A DNA stretch of 62,925 nucleotides, the filler included, from Octopus bimaculoides (taxonomy: Eukaryota), in assembly GCF_001194135.2 (NCBI RefSeq). It is 7 parts of 6 records of this genome, joined end to end, with 100 filler letters (N's around TTAATTAATTAA, not from the genome) between each part and the next. Parts side by side here need not be neighbours in the genome. Positions count along the whole stretch, not along the records: positions 1 to 19,291 come from NC_068988.1; 6 more parts are not named here. One strand, written 5' to 3'. Below the pieces are notes generated by a model that was not told the origin of the DNA, searched no databases, and saw nothing but the letters and a program-made list of their open reading frames with translations. Every line of letters starts with the position of its first letter. The stretch's first letter is position 1. The position numbers and the translations under genes were made by a program. Positions 1 through 12,547 of the stretch are shown one piece after another.

Positions 1-303
1 CGGTGACCACACCTGTTCACCGCTGTCTACGTAGAGCCGGAGATGTCGCAGTCTCAGCGCGTGTCTGCGCATCATCAACCACGGCATGCCCAGTCCTCCT
101 TTTAACGGGTGTTGGCAGCAAACGGATCGCCTAACCATCGGAACGCTTCCTTTCCACAAGAAGCGGAAGAGGATGCGCTCCAGTTTGGTGATGGTAGGGT
201 CGGGACAAGGAACGACGGTCAGGCGGTAGTAGATGACGGACGCGATGTACGTGTTCGCCACCTCCGCCCGACCTTTCAGGGAAAGCTTCCTCTCGGCCCA
301 TTG
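1..303 (-). mobile_element. Tx1/L1-clade LINE ORF2 fragment (post-RT region), 5'-truncated, runs off the window start
   Basis: Manual translation of 303->1 is open for 101 codons: QWAERKLSLKGRAEVANTYIASVIYYRLTVVPCPDPTITKLERILFRFLWKGSVPMVRRSVCCQHPLKGGLGMPWL. This fits the W..R.LSL.GR / FLWKG / GGLG.P pattern of the L1/Tx1 ORF2 C-terminal half. The 5' junction abuts a (GA)/(GATA) microsatellite. Confidence 0.9.
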
Positions 304-1301
304 AGATAGAGAGATAGAGAGATAGATAGATAGATATGTACATATACATATTTTTAATGAATGATAAGGAAGACACACATACAACTACAAATAAATATAC
401 ATATAAATATATATTATTATATACATATATATATATTAATGATAATAATAAAGAGTATGGAGACTTGTACATCCACAAAATTTATTTTATGTTTATATAC
501 AGTATATTGTAATGACCTACACGTGTTTCTGCTGCAGCGACCACTCATTGTTATAATGCAGCCTTACAGCATTGCCGGTGCACTTTCATGACCTCCATTT
601 GGTCATCCACTAAGTGAACTGAACGAAATAAACGTTTGTTAGTAATTTGTAAGAGGTATGTGCTGCTGATCTCAACTTCACTCCAGTCACTGTCATTTGG
701 AGTTAAAATGAAGAGATAACTTGCATCGTATTTCAGCATAGACGTTTTCAGTTGTGTGTCTTACAAAATTCTCGTTATTTTCTACGGTACTTTACAGATC
801 CTGACAAAAGCTCATGGGCACAAATTATTTGCATTTATTGAACTTACAGATTATAAAACCTAAAGGGACAGAAGTTGTTGCTGATAAATCAGTTACTATA
901 CGAATAGTCAGGAACACACGTAGGACAGGGTTATCGTCGTACATGTTTTTATACGTAGGCTTTTATCGAAATTAATATTTACATTTCCCAGAGTACATGG
1001 TCAGTACAAAAATTCCAATACATTCGAGTGGTTGATACACATGCACGCAGACGCACACACACATACATATATATATATATACTTCCAATGATATAGGGGT
1101 ACGTATACATACACAAATATGCAGACGTATGTATATACACGCACAGATATATGCATGCATATTTATATATATATTTGTGAGTATGATAGTGTGTGTGTGC
1201 GTGTGTGCGTTCTAGCTTCTGCGCATGTGTTATAAGTACTTATTATATGTGTTCTTACGGAGTTATGTACTTCTGTATCTATGAATATGAATGTATATAT
1301 G

Positions 1302-1335
<34 letters not shown>

Positions 1336-1411
1336 TACATCTATATATATACATATATATGTGTGTGTGTGTGCGTGCGTATGTATATATATGTGTGTAT
1401 ATGTATGAATG

Positions 1412-1460
<49 letters not shown>

Positions 1461-1467
1461 TTATATA

Positions 1468-1499
<32 letters not shown>

Positions 1500-1612
1500 A
1501 TGTGAGCGTCTACTAATACTTTGTATGTTCCACGCCTTCGCGTTGTTTTTCTCTTGTGTTTTACCTCGTTTTTTGAAATTTATTCTATATATGCAAAAAG
1601 AGTCTGCTTCAG

Positions 1613-2716
1613 TACGATAAAAATAGGGACAGAATTTGAAGAAAATGGCTCACCGACTCCGGACTTCCAGAGGATCAGTGAAATACTCAATGTGCAATAA
1701 AACAATGTTTTTACCACTCCGCTAGGACACTTGCAAATAGCCATGCCTGATGAGTTCTTTCGCTCCACAGCTCTACACAATGAAATGGCAATTACTGATA
1801 GCGTCAAAATAGAGGAAACTGATGGGATATAAAACATTGATGAAATTAGGTGAACTCAGTAACTGGATCTGAGGGATTCTCAACAATCCTCCTAAAGAAC
1901 TGGAAACGAGCTCTAGCAAGACCGCTTCAGATGCTCTTCCAGAACTTCCTCACAACAGGGATTGATATAAGCAACAATGCCTCGCGTCACATGCATATCA
2001 TTAAGATAGTGGCAGTGTGAAGGTAAATGGCCGGAGAGATTCTGAAAACCTTCAGAACAAGGGACCAAGAAACTCTGGTGGACCAAGAAACACTACTGGA
2101 CCAAGAAACACTGCCGCTTCTATGGACATTTGTTCTTAGCCACCTGGACTACTGCTCTCAGCTGTAGGCACCTTACAATGTCGGATTAATAGCGGAACTT
2201 GAGGCGGTTCAGCGAAGCTTCACAAGAAAGATTGCATCAATGGAACATTGGGGGAGTCTGAAAAAGCTACGACACTACCCACTGGAGTGAAAACTGAAGG
2301 GGTATGCAGAGATATATGGGTGGAAGATACCGGAAGAGCTGGCACCATACTTTGAGGTTGAATGTTATACCAGGTCTCGAACGGAATGCCACTGCACTCA
2401 TCCAAAATGCCCATATGAGGTGAAAAGCATGTACGACAACAGCTTGATATTCAAAGGCCCACAGCGATTTAACGCCTTGTCAAAACATCTGTACGATCTC
2501 TATGGGGTGGGGGTAGATGTTTGTAAGAATCATCTTAACCCCTTGCTGTCCAAGATCCCAGATGAACCAATATCCAGGGAAGAAACTCAAAAGAGGACAG
2601 CAGTGGCAAATTTCCTCCTTCACAAAAAGCCAATCACATAAAATTGGCCAGTTAAAGGGTGATTGCACTGGCGGTGACCCAGCATCACCGCAGCTGAAAC
2701 CCATACCGGAATAACA
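1613..2716 (+). mobile_element. Decayed CR1-clade LINE fragment with the RT core internally deleted
   Basis: Broken frames read ILLKNWKRALARPLQMLFQNFLTTG (pre-RT), then FVLSHLDYCSQL*APY..ELEAVQRSFTRKI and NSLIFKGPQRFNAL..LLSKIPDEP (CR1 C-terminal motifs). There are many stops and frameshifts. Confidence 0.8.
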
Positions 2717-2750
2717 TATTCATATATATATACACGCATATATGAATACA

Positions 2751-2830
<80 letters not shown>

Positions 2831-3642
2831 TAGTAAACCACTATTGTCCTTGACAGTTGTTTTTTTATATTTANNNNNNNNNNNNNNNNNNNNNNNNNNN
2901 NNNNNNNNNNNNNNNNNNNNNNNNNNNNNNNNNNNNNNNNNNNNNNNNNNNNNNNNNNNNNNNNNNNNNNNNNNNNNNNNNNNNNNNNNNNNNNNNNNNN
3001 NNNNNNNNNNNNNNNNNNNNNNNNNNNNNNNNNNNNNNNNNNNNNNNNNNNNNNNNNNNNNNNNNNNNNNNNNNNNNNNNNNNNNNNNNNNNNNNNNNNN
3101 NNNNNNNNNNNNNNNNNNNNNNNNNNNNNNNNNNNNNNNNNNNNNNNNNNNNNNNNNNNNNNNNNNNNNNNNNNNNNNNNNNNNNNNNNNNNNNNNNNNN
3201 NNNNNNNNNNNNNNNNNNNNNNNNNNNNNNNNNNNNNNNNNNNNNNNNNNNNNNNNNNNNNNNNNNNNNNNNNNNNNNNNNNNNNNNNNNNNNNNNNNNN
3301 NNNNNNNNNNNNNNNNNNNNNNNNNNNNNNNNNNNNNNNNNNNNNNNNNNNNNNNNNNNNNNNNNNNNNNNNNNNNNNNNNNNNNNNNNNNNNNNNNNNN
3401 NNNNNNNNNNNNNNNNNNNNNNNNNNNNNNNNNNNNNNNNNNNNNNNNNNNNNNNNNNNNNNNNNNNNNNNNNNNNNNNNNNNNNNNNNNNNNNNNNNNN
3501 NNNNNNNNNNNNNNNNNNNNNNNNNNNNNNNNNNNNNNNNNNNNNNNNNNNNNNNNNNNNNNNNNNNNNNNNNNNNNNNNNNNNNNNNNNNNNNNNNNNN
3601 NNNNNNNNNNNNNNNNNNNNNNNNNNNNNNNNNNNNNNNNNN

Positions 3643-3683
<41 letters not shown>

Positions 3684-3686
<3 letters not shown>

Positions 3687-4397
3687 CCAACTAACTTTGG
3701 CGGTGCCATAGAGAGTGATGTTACAGTTGTTTTTCGCCCCAGGAAGACTTCTACTCCAGCTGGCTAGCGACATACTGTCTGTGGCCATCGCTCCCATCGC
3801 TAGCCTTACGTGATACACACAGACCTGAGTTTTCGGGTAGTTACTCGTCTTCAGTGTGTGTTAATCACCAGCTAGTGATGAAACCTCATTCAACTCGCAA
3901 AGCATTATATGCTTTCTCTAGCGACAAAGTGTCGCTAATCTCGAAAAAAGAGAAATAAGGGAGCGCCACATTTAGTTGGCAAATGTATTTTAAGATACCG
4001 TACTGTTACTGTTTACATCTTGCTTAGGGATTTAATATGGCTTATTTTCCTGCTTTCGAGATCAGCAACAGTTTGTCACTGGGAAAAGCATATCGTATTT
4101 TGTGATTGGAAAGAGTTTTTATCGGTAGTTGGTGATTATCACACACTGAGGACGAGTAACTTCCCAGAAATCCGGGTGTATGTGTATCACGTAAGGCTAG
4201 AGATGGGAGCCATGATCTCCCCTCGCAAATATTAATCGGACACAGACGGTGTGTCGTTAGGTAGCTGGAAGAGATATCTTCCTGGTGCTAAAAACAACAG
4301 TAACATCGTCTTCTAAAAGATCGCCACATTTATCTGGAAAATATATTTTACGATTCTGTACTGTTACTGTTACCTTTTGCTCAGAGTTTTAATATGG

Positions 4398-4400
<3 letters not shown>
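3684..4400. mobile_element. Two adjacent, oppositely oriented copies of a ~300-350 bp non-autonomous TIR element (MITE)
   Basis: 3684-3960 aligns by eye to the reverse complement of 4040-4340. The terminal block cgccacatttagttggcaaa...taatatggc occurs at 3963-4040 and again at 4322-4399. A fragment of the same family lies at ~39925-39980. Confidence 0.7.
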
Positions 4401-4461
<61 letters not shown>

Positions 4462-4467
4462 CATACA

Positions 4468-4588
4468 CCGGAGTAAGCACATAAATGTGTAACAAGGTGG
4501 AAAGAAGAGTACTCATATACCAGAGGTAGAGTAATATGCTTTATTTAAAAGCAGTAGAAATATTACAAAAAGCTGTTACTCAGAGTTT
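4468..4588. mobile_element. Short interspersed repeat fragment, possibly a Penelope-like element end
   Basis: ccggagtaagcacataaatgtgtaacaaggtgg...ctgttactcagagttt resembles a recurrent octopus repeat as I recall it. The class assignment is unverified. Confidence 0.3.
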
Positions 4589-5129
4589 ATCTGTTTGTCA
4601 AGAAATTAACCTTATGCTATGAAATATAATGGCTGTAAATAAGAATGCATCGGGTAAAAGAAATTTTCCTTGAGAACCAAACTCTCTTTTCACAGGGAAT
4701 AAATACATGATCTTAATTATACAGTGATAGCTGCATAGGAACAAAAATTCATATGTACAGCAACCAAAGCCTCCAAATCACTAGCCTTCGCTTCTTAACT
4801 TCGTTGTGACAAAAGTACAGCTCTAACACGGACAAAGAAGGATGCGTTTATGAAGAATTTAAACCACGATTGAATGAAACATAGGAATAATTGTAACACG
4901 CTACTTGGAAATCTTCGATAAAATCTTTTATAGGGAAGAAACGGAAATGCCAAATTAGGAACAGACGACATCAAAGGACTGACCATCAGATTGTTTCAGA
5001 CAAAAGAAGTAATTGAAAATTTCGAGAGAGAAAATATTTACTGAGTTGCCTTAATACATATCATTTGAAACCATGGAAATTTTAGGTAAAAAAAAAAATA
5101 GGAAAAGAACAAACTGAACGTAGAAATTA

Positions 5130-5244
5130 CAGTCGTGGCCGAAAGTTTGGAACATAGTTTTAAAAATTAGTATTTCTATATAAAATGCCCAAAGTTATAT
5201 TTAATTTCCAATATATTATTACTTGACAAAAAGTTTGGAACATA
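5130..5244 (+). mobile_element. Orphan end of a Tc1-type IR/DR transposon
   Basis: TA|CAGTCGTGGCCGAAAGTTTGG start, with the direct repeat aaagtttggaacata at 5142-5156 and 5230-5244. Confidence 0.6.
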
Positions 5245-5254
5245 CTCTTTAGTC

Positions 5255-5486
5255 TTTTACTTGTTTCAGTTATTTGACTGCGGCCATGCTAGTGCACCAC
5301 CTTTAGTCGAGCAAATCGACTCCAGGACTTATTCTTTTTAGAAGCCTAGTACTTATTCTATCGGTTCTTTTGCCGAACCGCTAAGTTACGGTGACGTAAA
5401 CATCGGTTGTCAAGCAATGTTGGGGTGACAAACACAGACACACAAACATATACACGCACATACATATATATATATACATATATACG
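5255..5486 (-). mobile_element. tRNA-derived SINE, family A, 3' half
   Basis: Shares the tttacttgtttcagt..tttgactgcggccatgct..gcaccacctttagtcga tail with the best-preserved copy at 57817-58166. Confidence 0.85.
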
Positions 5487-6681
5487 TAATGGATGGTGAG
5501 ATTGTTGTTTATAGTGTTAACTGAAATGTCAATGAAGTTGGTAGACTTGTCAGTGACAAACGAACATGAAGTTTCCTTAAATAATTCATCTTCCTTCCAG
5601 ATATATTCCACCCAAGACTTAGGAAAAAATTGGCCCGGAAGAAGATGTAGTAGCTGACAGGTTCAAGAGTGAAGCTGATGAAATAGAAAGAAAAAGCAGA
5701 GAGTTTCTGCAGTGGATTTGGTTACCTTTGAAAACAATGGCGAAAGGGAAGGTCAAAGCTGAATTATGCTTGGACTGTAAAGTAAACAAGATGAACTTTA
5801 AGACTAATTTTATTTAGATATGTAGTTTAATTACAGATCAAAATAATACCTAAAAAACTATATAAGATTTCTAACCATAGTTAAAACGGCTTTGTACGTA
5901 ATCAAGGCTCATTTAGATTGTGCAAATGCGAAAACTTCAACAGGAAAATATTAATGAATTTGTTGCTACACAATTCAAAATGTCAAACAGCATTATCTTT
6001 TGATGTATCGTTTATATTTGGCCCCGGGACGGATCTGACAAAAGACCCATAATTAGAAACATTGCAGCTATGAGCAGTACTTATTACGTCTTATGCACAC
6101 GTCATACGTCATATCATCCGATGTTCTTTTTGAGAGGGCATAGTAGAATTATATGTAGAGTAGCACGTCACGTTATATGTGTATCGCTGCATCAGTGTGT
6201 TATAAGATTGTTTACACGCATAAGCAAATAAACGGACTTATGTATCTAAATGCATAATGCGTACAAGTACGTATATTATGTTTTAAACATAATTATATTT
6301 AGTTAAATATATAATTTTATTAAATCTTCATAACAATTCAAATATGGATTTAAGCACGTCATTACCTGTATTATATGGCGTTACATAATTAATATCGCCT
6401 TAGAAAAGTACAAGTGCATGTGCTTATATAAGTGAATAAGTACATATATATACGCACATAAACACACACAAGCATATATATGCAGCTATGTATACACGCG
6501 CACGAACATGCATATATACACACATGTTTGTATATGTATATATATATGTACTATGTATGCTTGTATATGTATGTATTATGTATGTATATATAAATATACA
6601 TGTGTGTGTGTGAGTGTGTATATGTGATACATTTATATATGTATATATATGAATGTATCTCTCTCTCTCTCTCTCTCTCTC

Positions 6682-6721
<40 letters not shown>

Positions 6722-6900
6722 TATATATATACACACACACACACTTATGTGTGTGTATATGTGCGGAGATACGTTTATATATATAAATGTATATATATAT
6801 ATACACATATATGTATATATACACATATATATATACATATATATATATATACATACACATATATATATACACACATATATATATACACATATATATATAT

Positions 6901-6953
<53 letters not shown>

Positions 6954-6954
6954 A

Positions 6955-7005
<51 letters not shown>

Positions 7006-7587
7006 AACAGTAAGAACATAGTTGTAGGCATATAAATGATGCATTTAAGTAGCTTAACGCGAGCGCACAGAAGAATGTGAGCGAATGTGTATATACACTT
7101 AAATATGCGCACATATACACACACATAGAAAAGCATTCAAAGGACACATCCGAATACACCCACACAAACACCCGTTCCAAAACATCCACGTACGTACAAG
7201 CGCAAACACCCCTACAGCGACACATACACCCTTAAATGTGAATTACACACATATTTATGTGCACATGCAAACGTACATATTCAAACATGTACGCACATTC
7301 CAGTAAAAAAACAATATCTCAAGGATTTGCATTAGCAATTTATATATTGTTTTTTTCTTTCTCTCTACCAAACAAGAAGTAACAAACACGACTGCCGTAA
7401 GCGTAGCACCCAACAACACTAATTTCTGGATAACACCCAGTTTTGCAATCAGCCATATTTGAATTTTTTCTGCACAACCCTACAGCATATATACAATCGC
7501 ACATAAACGAGCACCACACACAAACACACACATATGCATAAACACGCACACGTAATATGTATATATATATATGTATATATATATAAA

Positions 7588-7667
<80 letters not shown>

Positions 7668-7694
7668 GCATATATGTATAAATGTATACATATT

Positions 7695-7725
<31 letters not shown>

Positions 7726-7942
7726 TTATATATTTATACATATATTATATATATATAATACATATACTCACGCATTCGCACACACATGTGGACATATGTA
7801 AGTGCATGTATCTATTTATGCAAAAACATAGGCATTGGTTGGGTTGCAAGCTATTATTGTATAGGCCTATGTGCGTATGTTTACGTGTATACGAACACAC
7901 ACACAAACACACACACACAAACACGCAAGTACACACACATTC

Positions 7943-8294
7943 TTTTACTTGTTTCAGTTATTTTGACTGTGGCCATGAGGGAGCACCGACTTGTAGTCGA
8001 AGAAATCGACATCTAGATTTACTTTTTCTAAGCCTGGTACTTATTCTATCGACTTGCTTTGCAGAACTGCTATGTTATGGGGACATAAATACACCAATAT
8101 CTGTTGTTAAGCGATGGTGGAGAGAGAAACACAGACAAACACACAAATATGTATATGTATATATATATACTACAGGCTTCTTTCAGTCTCCGTCTACCAA
8201 ATCCACTCACATGCCTTTGGTCAACCCCAGACTATAGTAGAAGTCGCTTGCCCAAGGCGCTACGCAGTGGAACTCAACCAGTAACCATGTGGGG
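7943..8294 (-). mobile_element. tRNA-derived SINE, family A, near full length
   Basis: Colinear with the reverse complement of 57817-58166, including the central (CA)/(TA) tract. Confidence 0.85.
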
Positions 8295-8445
8295 TGTTTT
8301 TTCTTCTTGTTTTGCCTTTGTGAGTTACAAGTATTGCTATCTATNNNNNNNNNNNNNNNNNNNNNNNNNNNNNNNNNNNNNNNNNNNNNNNNNNNNNNNN
8401 NNNNNNNNNNNNNNNNNNNNNNNNNNNNNNNNNNNNNNNNNNNNN

Positions 8446-8479
<34 letters not shown>

Positions 8480-8722
8480 GTATACTTCTATATCGATTAA
8501 ATACATATATATCTTATACATAGTTATATAGAGAGAAGTATATAGAGATGAGAAAAATTGGGTATCGAGAAATATAAATATATGCATATACGTATGTATG
8601 TGTATGCGTGTGTGTATATACATGTGAGTGTGTTTGTATGTTTGTGTATAAGCATACGCATGCATATATCTATGTGTGTGTATGTATATAGAGAGCTTTG
8701 TAGGCATATATAGAGTCATAGG

Positions 8723-8754
<32 letters not shown>

Positions 8755-8796
8755 TAGATAGATATAGATAGATAAACAGACAGACAGATAGAGAGG

Positions 8797-8837
<41 letters not shown>

Positions 8838-9822
8838 TGATAGATTGATTGATGCTGGAATACCTACACACGTGCGTACATAAACAGACGAACATTATTA
8901 TAAAACCCTCTTCAAGTGAGGATAATATTACGAAAATTGAGTTATATAATCAAACACAGATATATGTATATGTAGGGGCACTTCATTTGCATGGCTGGAA
9001 TTCCCAAATGAAGACACGGAACTAAATTTACATATAAATATGAAGGAGACACTTTTCGATATATGTTCTAACACAATTTTTGCAATTTTACAATGTTTAT
9101 ATCACAAAACAGTAAATCTAGCAACCATGGAGACAATTATGTTTTGTTTAATATAAATCTGACAAAACATAAACGCTGGAAACATCACCCAACGAATCGC
9201 TAATAATTTACGTCATAAATATCGCCTCCATTACAACAACAACGAAAGCGGAGAATAAAAACAACAACAACAACAGCATCAGGAACAACAACAATTCCAC
9301 TTAGAAAAATAATACTATCTTCATCCTTAACACCAAAAGAAAAAAATATATATAGCTGGTATTTAAGATTATTACGGTATCGTTTCTTAACAGATATCAA
9401 ACGTTTCTCCAAAAATTTGCCTTTGGAAATAAATATTTCTACATAAAATTTTTACACCATTATCTGTTATTGAGAACAGGCACAACCGTAAAAGTCATAT
9501 AAATATGAAGTTCTTATACACGGTTTCATCTCCTGACGATGCCCGGCGGCGATTAACTTCCTCCGGGACATACTTTTTTTTTTAAATATGACTAACACTT
9601 AAAAGGAGTATGTACAAAATATTCGCTATTTATCTCTCTCGACGACTCTCTGTCACCATTTATCCACTATATGTATACGAGTGCCTGTGTGTATGTGTGC
9701 GAATGTGTATAAGTGTATATATATTTATATGCACATATGTATATACATGTATACACACCCATACACAAGCATGGACACACTCGTGCGCGCGCGCGCACAC
9801 ACGCACACACGCACATATATGT

Positions 9823-9960
9823 TGCAGATCAGGCGATGCGGTAAGAAGTGTCCCTCCAAGCCACAGGGTTGTGTGTTCAGTCTCAGAGCATAGCGAGTAT
9901 CTTCTGCTTTAGTCTTAAGTCGACCAAAGCTTTGTGAGTGGATCTCGTAGAAGGAAATTG
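9823..9960 (+). mobile_element. Degenerate SINE family A, 5' half
   Basis: gcggtaagaag..ttgtgtgttcagtc..gtcgaccaaagctttgtgagtggat matches the family A head. Confidence 0.6.
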
Positions 9961-9961
9961 G

Positions 9962-10400
9962 GATCTTTTTTAAAACGGGGGCCACATTTTTCATACTTCG
10001 TATACTTATCTATTTTGTGTTATAGAACAGAAAAATATTTTTGTATTCGAATTTATTTCATGTAAAAAATTGTCTTATTTCGATAATTTCAACCAATCAC
10101 TGACAAGTATTCAGCTGTTTACATTTACTCCTTTGGCTCATTAAGCGATGTAAAGCGTATTTAATCTCCATACCTTCGTTTTATTTGCTTTTTTCATTTT
10201 AAATTTGCTTTAACCCTAACCCTAACCGTAGGGTTAGGGTTAGAGTTAGGGTTAGGGTTAGGGTTAATTGTTTCAGAATCGTTTGTTTATGTAGTCGGCA
10301 CTTAATGTATATCGGCTGAATGGACATCAGTGATTGGTTGAAATTACAGAAATACGACAACTTTAACATGGAATAATTTATGGATTTCTATTTTTTTTTN
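9962..10400 (+). mobile_element. MITE containing telomeric TTAGGG-type repeats (copy 1, 3' end lost in gap)
   Basis: Extensive identity to 59022-59678. Internal inverted repeats lie at 10087-10115 and 10315-10343. (TAACCC)n is followed by (GGGTTA)n at 10210-10267. Confidence 0.8.
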
Positions 10401-11020
10401 NNNNNNNNNNNNNNNNNNNNNNNNNNNNNNNNNNNNNNNNNNNNNNNNNNNNNNNNNNNNNNNNNNNNNNNNNNNNNNNNNNNNNNNNNNNNNNNNNNNN
10501 NNNNNNNNNNNNNNNNNNNNNNNNNNNNNNNNNNNNNNNNNNNNNNNNNNNNNNNNNNNNNNNNNNNNNNNNNNNNNNNNNNNNNNNNNNNNNNNNNNNN
10601 NNNNNNNNNNNNNNNNNNNNNNNNNNNNNNNNNNNNNNNNNNNNNNNNNNNNNNNNNNNNNNNNNNNNNNNNNNNNNNNNNNNNNNNNNNNNNNNNNNNN
10701 NNNNNNNNNNNNNNNNNNNNNNNNNNNNNNNNNNNNNTAATTATTGTTCTACTTACGATCTGACGAGTAGCTATATTTTTGAATAGAACTTATTTTCGAT
10801 AATTTCAATTGATTTTAATCGATTTAAATTTCTTTTCTATTTGAAAATTGGTTATGAAACACGTGTAATCTTTTTATTATATTTATCTTATGATATTTAC
10901 TTTACTTTATATTATACTCATTTATTGTGCTTTTAATTATTAATTTTTCTATATGTGATAGTGGATTTTCATCGATGAGTTCTTGAAAATTGGTTATTTT
11001 CCCTAAAACTATATATATTT

Positions 11021-11051
<31 letters not shown>

Positions 11052-11129
11052 ATATATGTGTACTTGAATATTTTCTTTTTTCCTATTACTTATACAAAAA
11101 GTATGGGTGTGCATGTATATATAATAGAT

Positions 11130-11132
11130 AAG

Positions 11133-11212
<80 letters not shown>
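11130..11212. repeat. (GATA)n microsatellite
   Basis: Near-perfect agat repeat seen directly. Confidence 0.95.
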
Positions 11213-11441
11213 CCGGTAAACAAATTGACAGATAGATAGACAGGCATATTGGTAGAAAGAAAGTAATATATCTAGTTTACAGTAGACACGGGTATTGACT
11301 TTTTCCATGAGCTACGGCACCAGAGTTATTGAATTGAATGTAAATATCTAAATATTCTGCCTACAAATAGAGCTTTACCTTAATGCTGCAGCGATATAAG
11401 CGTGCTACTGTTATTAATTGTGCAGTACCTTTCAAATATAG

Positions 11442-11519
11442 ATACATCCTATACGACACGAAACCTACACCTTATTTGGCCATCGAATTTCACACACTAT
11501 CCTACTATATTTAAACCTG
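11442..11519 (+). other. Candidate 78-nt phase-1/phase-1 coding exon of an unidentified host gene
   Basis: Acceptor cctttcaaatatag|, donor CTG|GTATGT, open frame (D)TSYTTRNLHLIWPSNFTHYPTIFKP(G). No homology recognised. Confidence 0.3.
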
Positions 11520-11795
11520 GTATGTATGATTATCGAGCAATTGTTTTAAACATTTGAACACACCTCGCATATATATTCCGAGTTCAAAGGTTAATAGAAA
11601 GCAAACACATGAAGATAAAAGAAAAGACGATACTCTCTTTTCCAGGTTATGGTGGGTACTACGCGAAACAAAAGAAAAATTGCATTTAATGACTTTCATA
11701 GAAATATAAAGTCTTTTCATGTATATTCATGTGTTTGTTATTCATTAACGTTTGAAATCGGGGCAAACGTTTTGCCGTACCCTTGATATATATAT

Positions 11796-11848
<53 letters not shown>

Positions 11849-12505
11849 NNNNNNNNNNNNNNNNNNNNNNNNNNNNNNNNNNNNNNNNNNNNNNNNNNNN
11901 NNNNNNNNNNNNNNNNNNNNNNNNNNNNNNNNNNNNNNNNNNNNNNNNNNNNNNNNNNNNNNNNNNNNNNNNNNNNNNNNNNNNNNNNNNNNNNNNNNNN
12001 NNNNNNNNNNNNNNNNNNNNNNNNNNNNNNNNNNNNNNNNNNNNNNNNNNNNNNNNNNNNNNNNNNNNNNNNNNNNNNNNNNNNNNNNNNNNNNNNNNNN
12101 NNNNNNNNNNNNNNNNNNNNNNNNNNNNNNNNNNNNNNNNNNNNNNNNNNNNNNNNNNNNNNNNNNNNNNNNNNNNNNNNNNNNNNNNNNNNNNNNNNNN
12201 NNNNNNNNNNNNNNNNNNNNNNNNNNNNNNNNNNNNNNNNNNNNNNNNNNNNNNNNNNNNNNNNNNNNNNNNNNNNNNNNNNNNNNNNNNNNNNNNNNNN
12301 NNNNNNNNNNNNNNNNNNNNNNNNNNNNNNNNNNNNNNNNNNNNNNNNNNNNNNNNNNNNNNNNNNNNNNNNNNNNNNNNNNNNNNNNNNNNNNNNNNNN
12401 NNNNNNNNNNNNNNNNNNNNNNNNNNNNNNNNNNNNNNNNNNNNNNNNNNNNNNNNNNNNNNNNNNNNNNNNNNNNNNNNNNNNNNNNNNNNNNNNNNNN
12501 NNNNN

Positions 12506-12547
<42 letters not shown>

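Noticed and set aside
5601-5820. Exon-like segment after a strong acceptor (ttcatcttccttccag), reading EKIGPEEDVVADRFKSEADEIERK
   Set aside because: All three phases hit a stop within 20 codons of the acceptor, there is no clear donor and no recognised homology.
10210-10267. True telomere or chromosome fusion point
   Set aside because: The tract is short and embedded in a multi-copy MITE.
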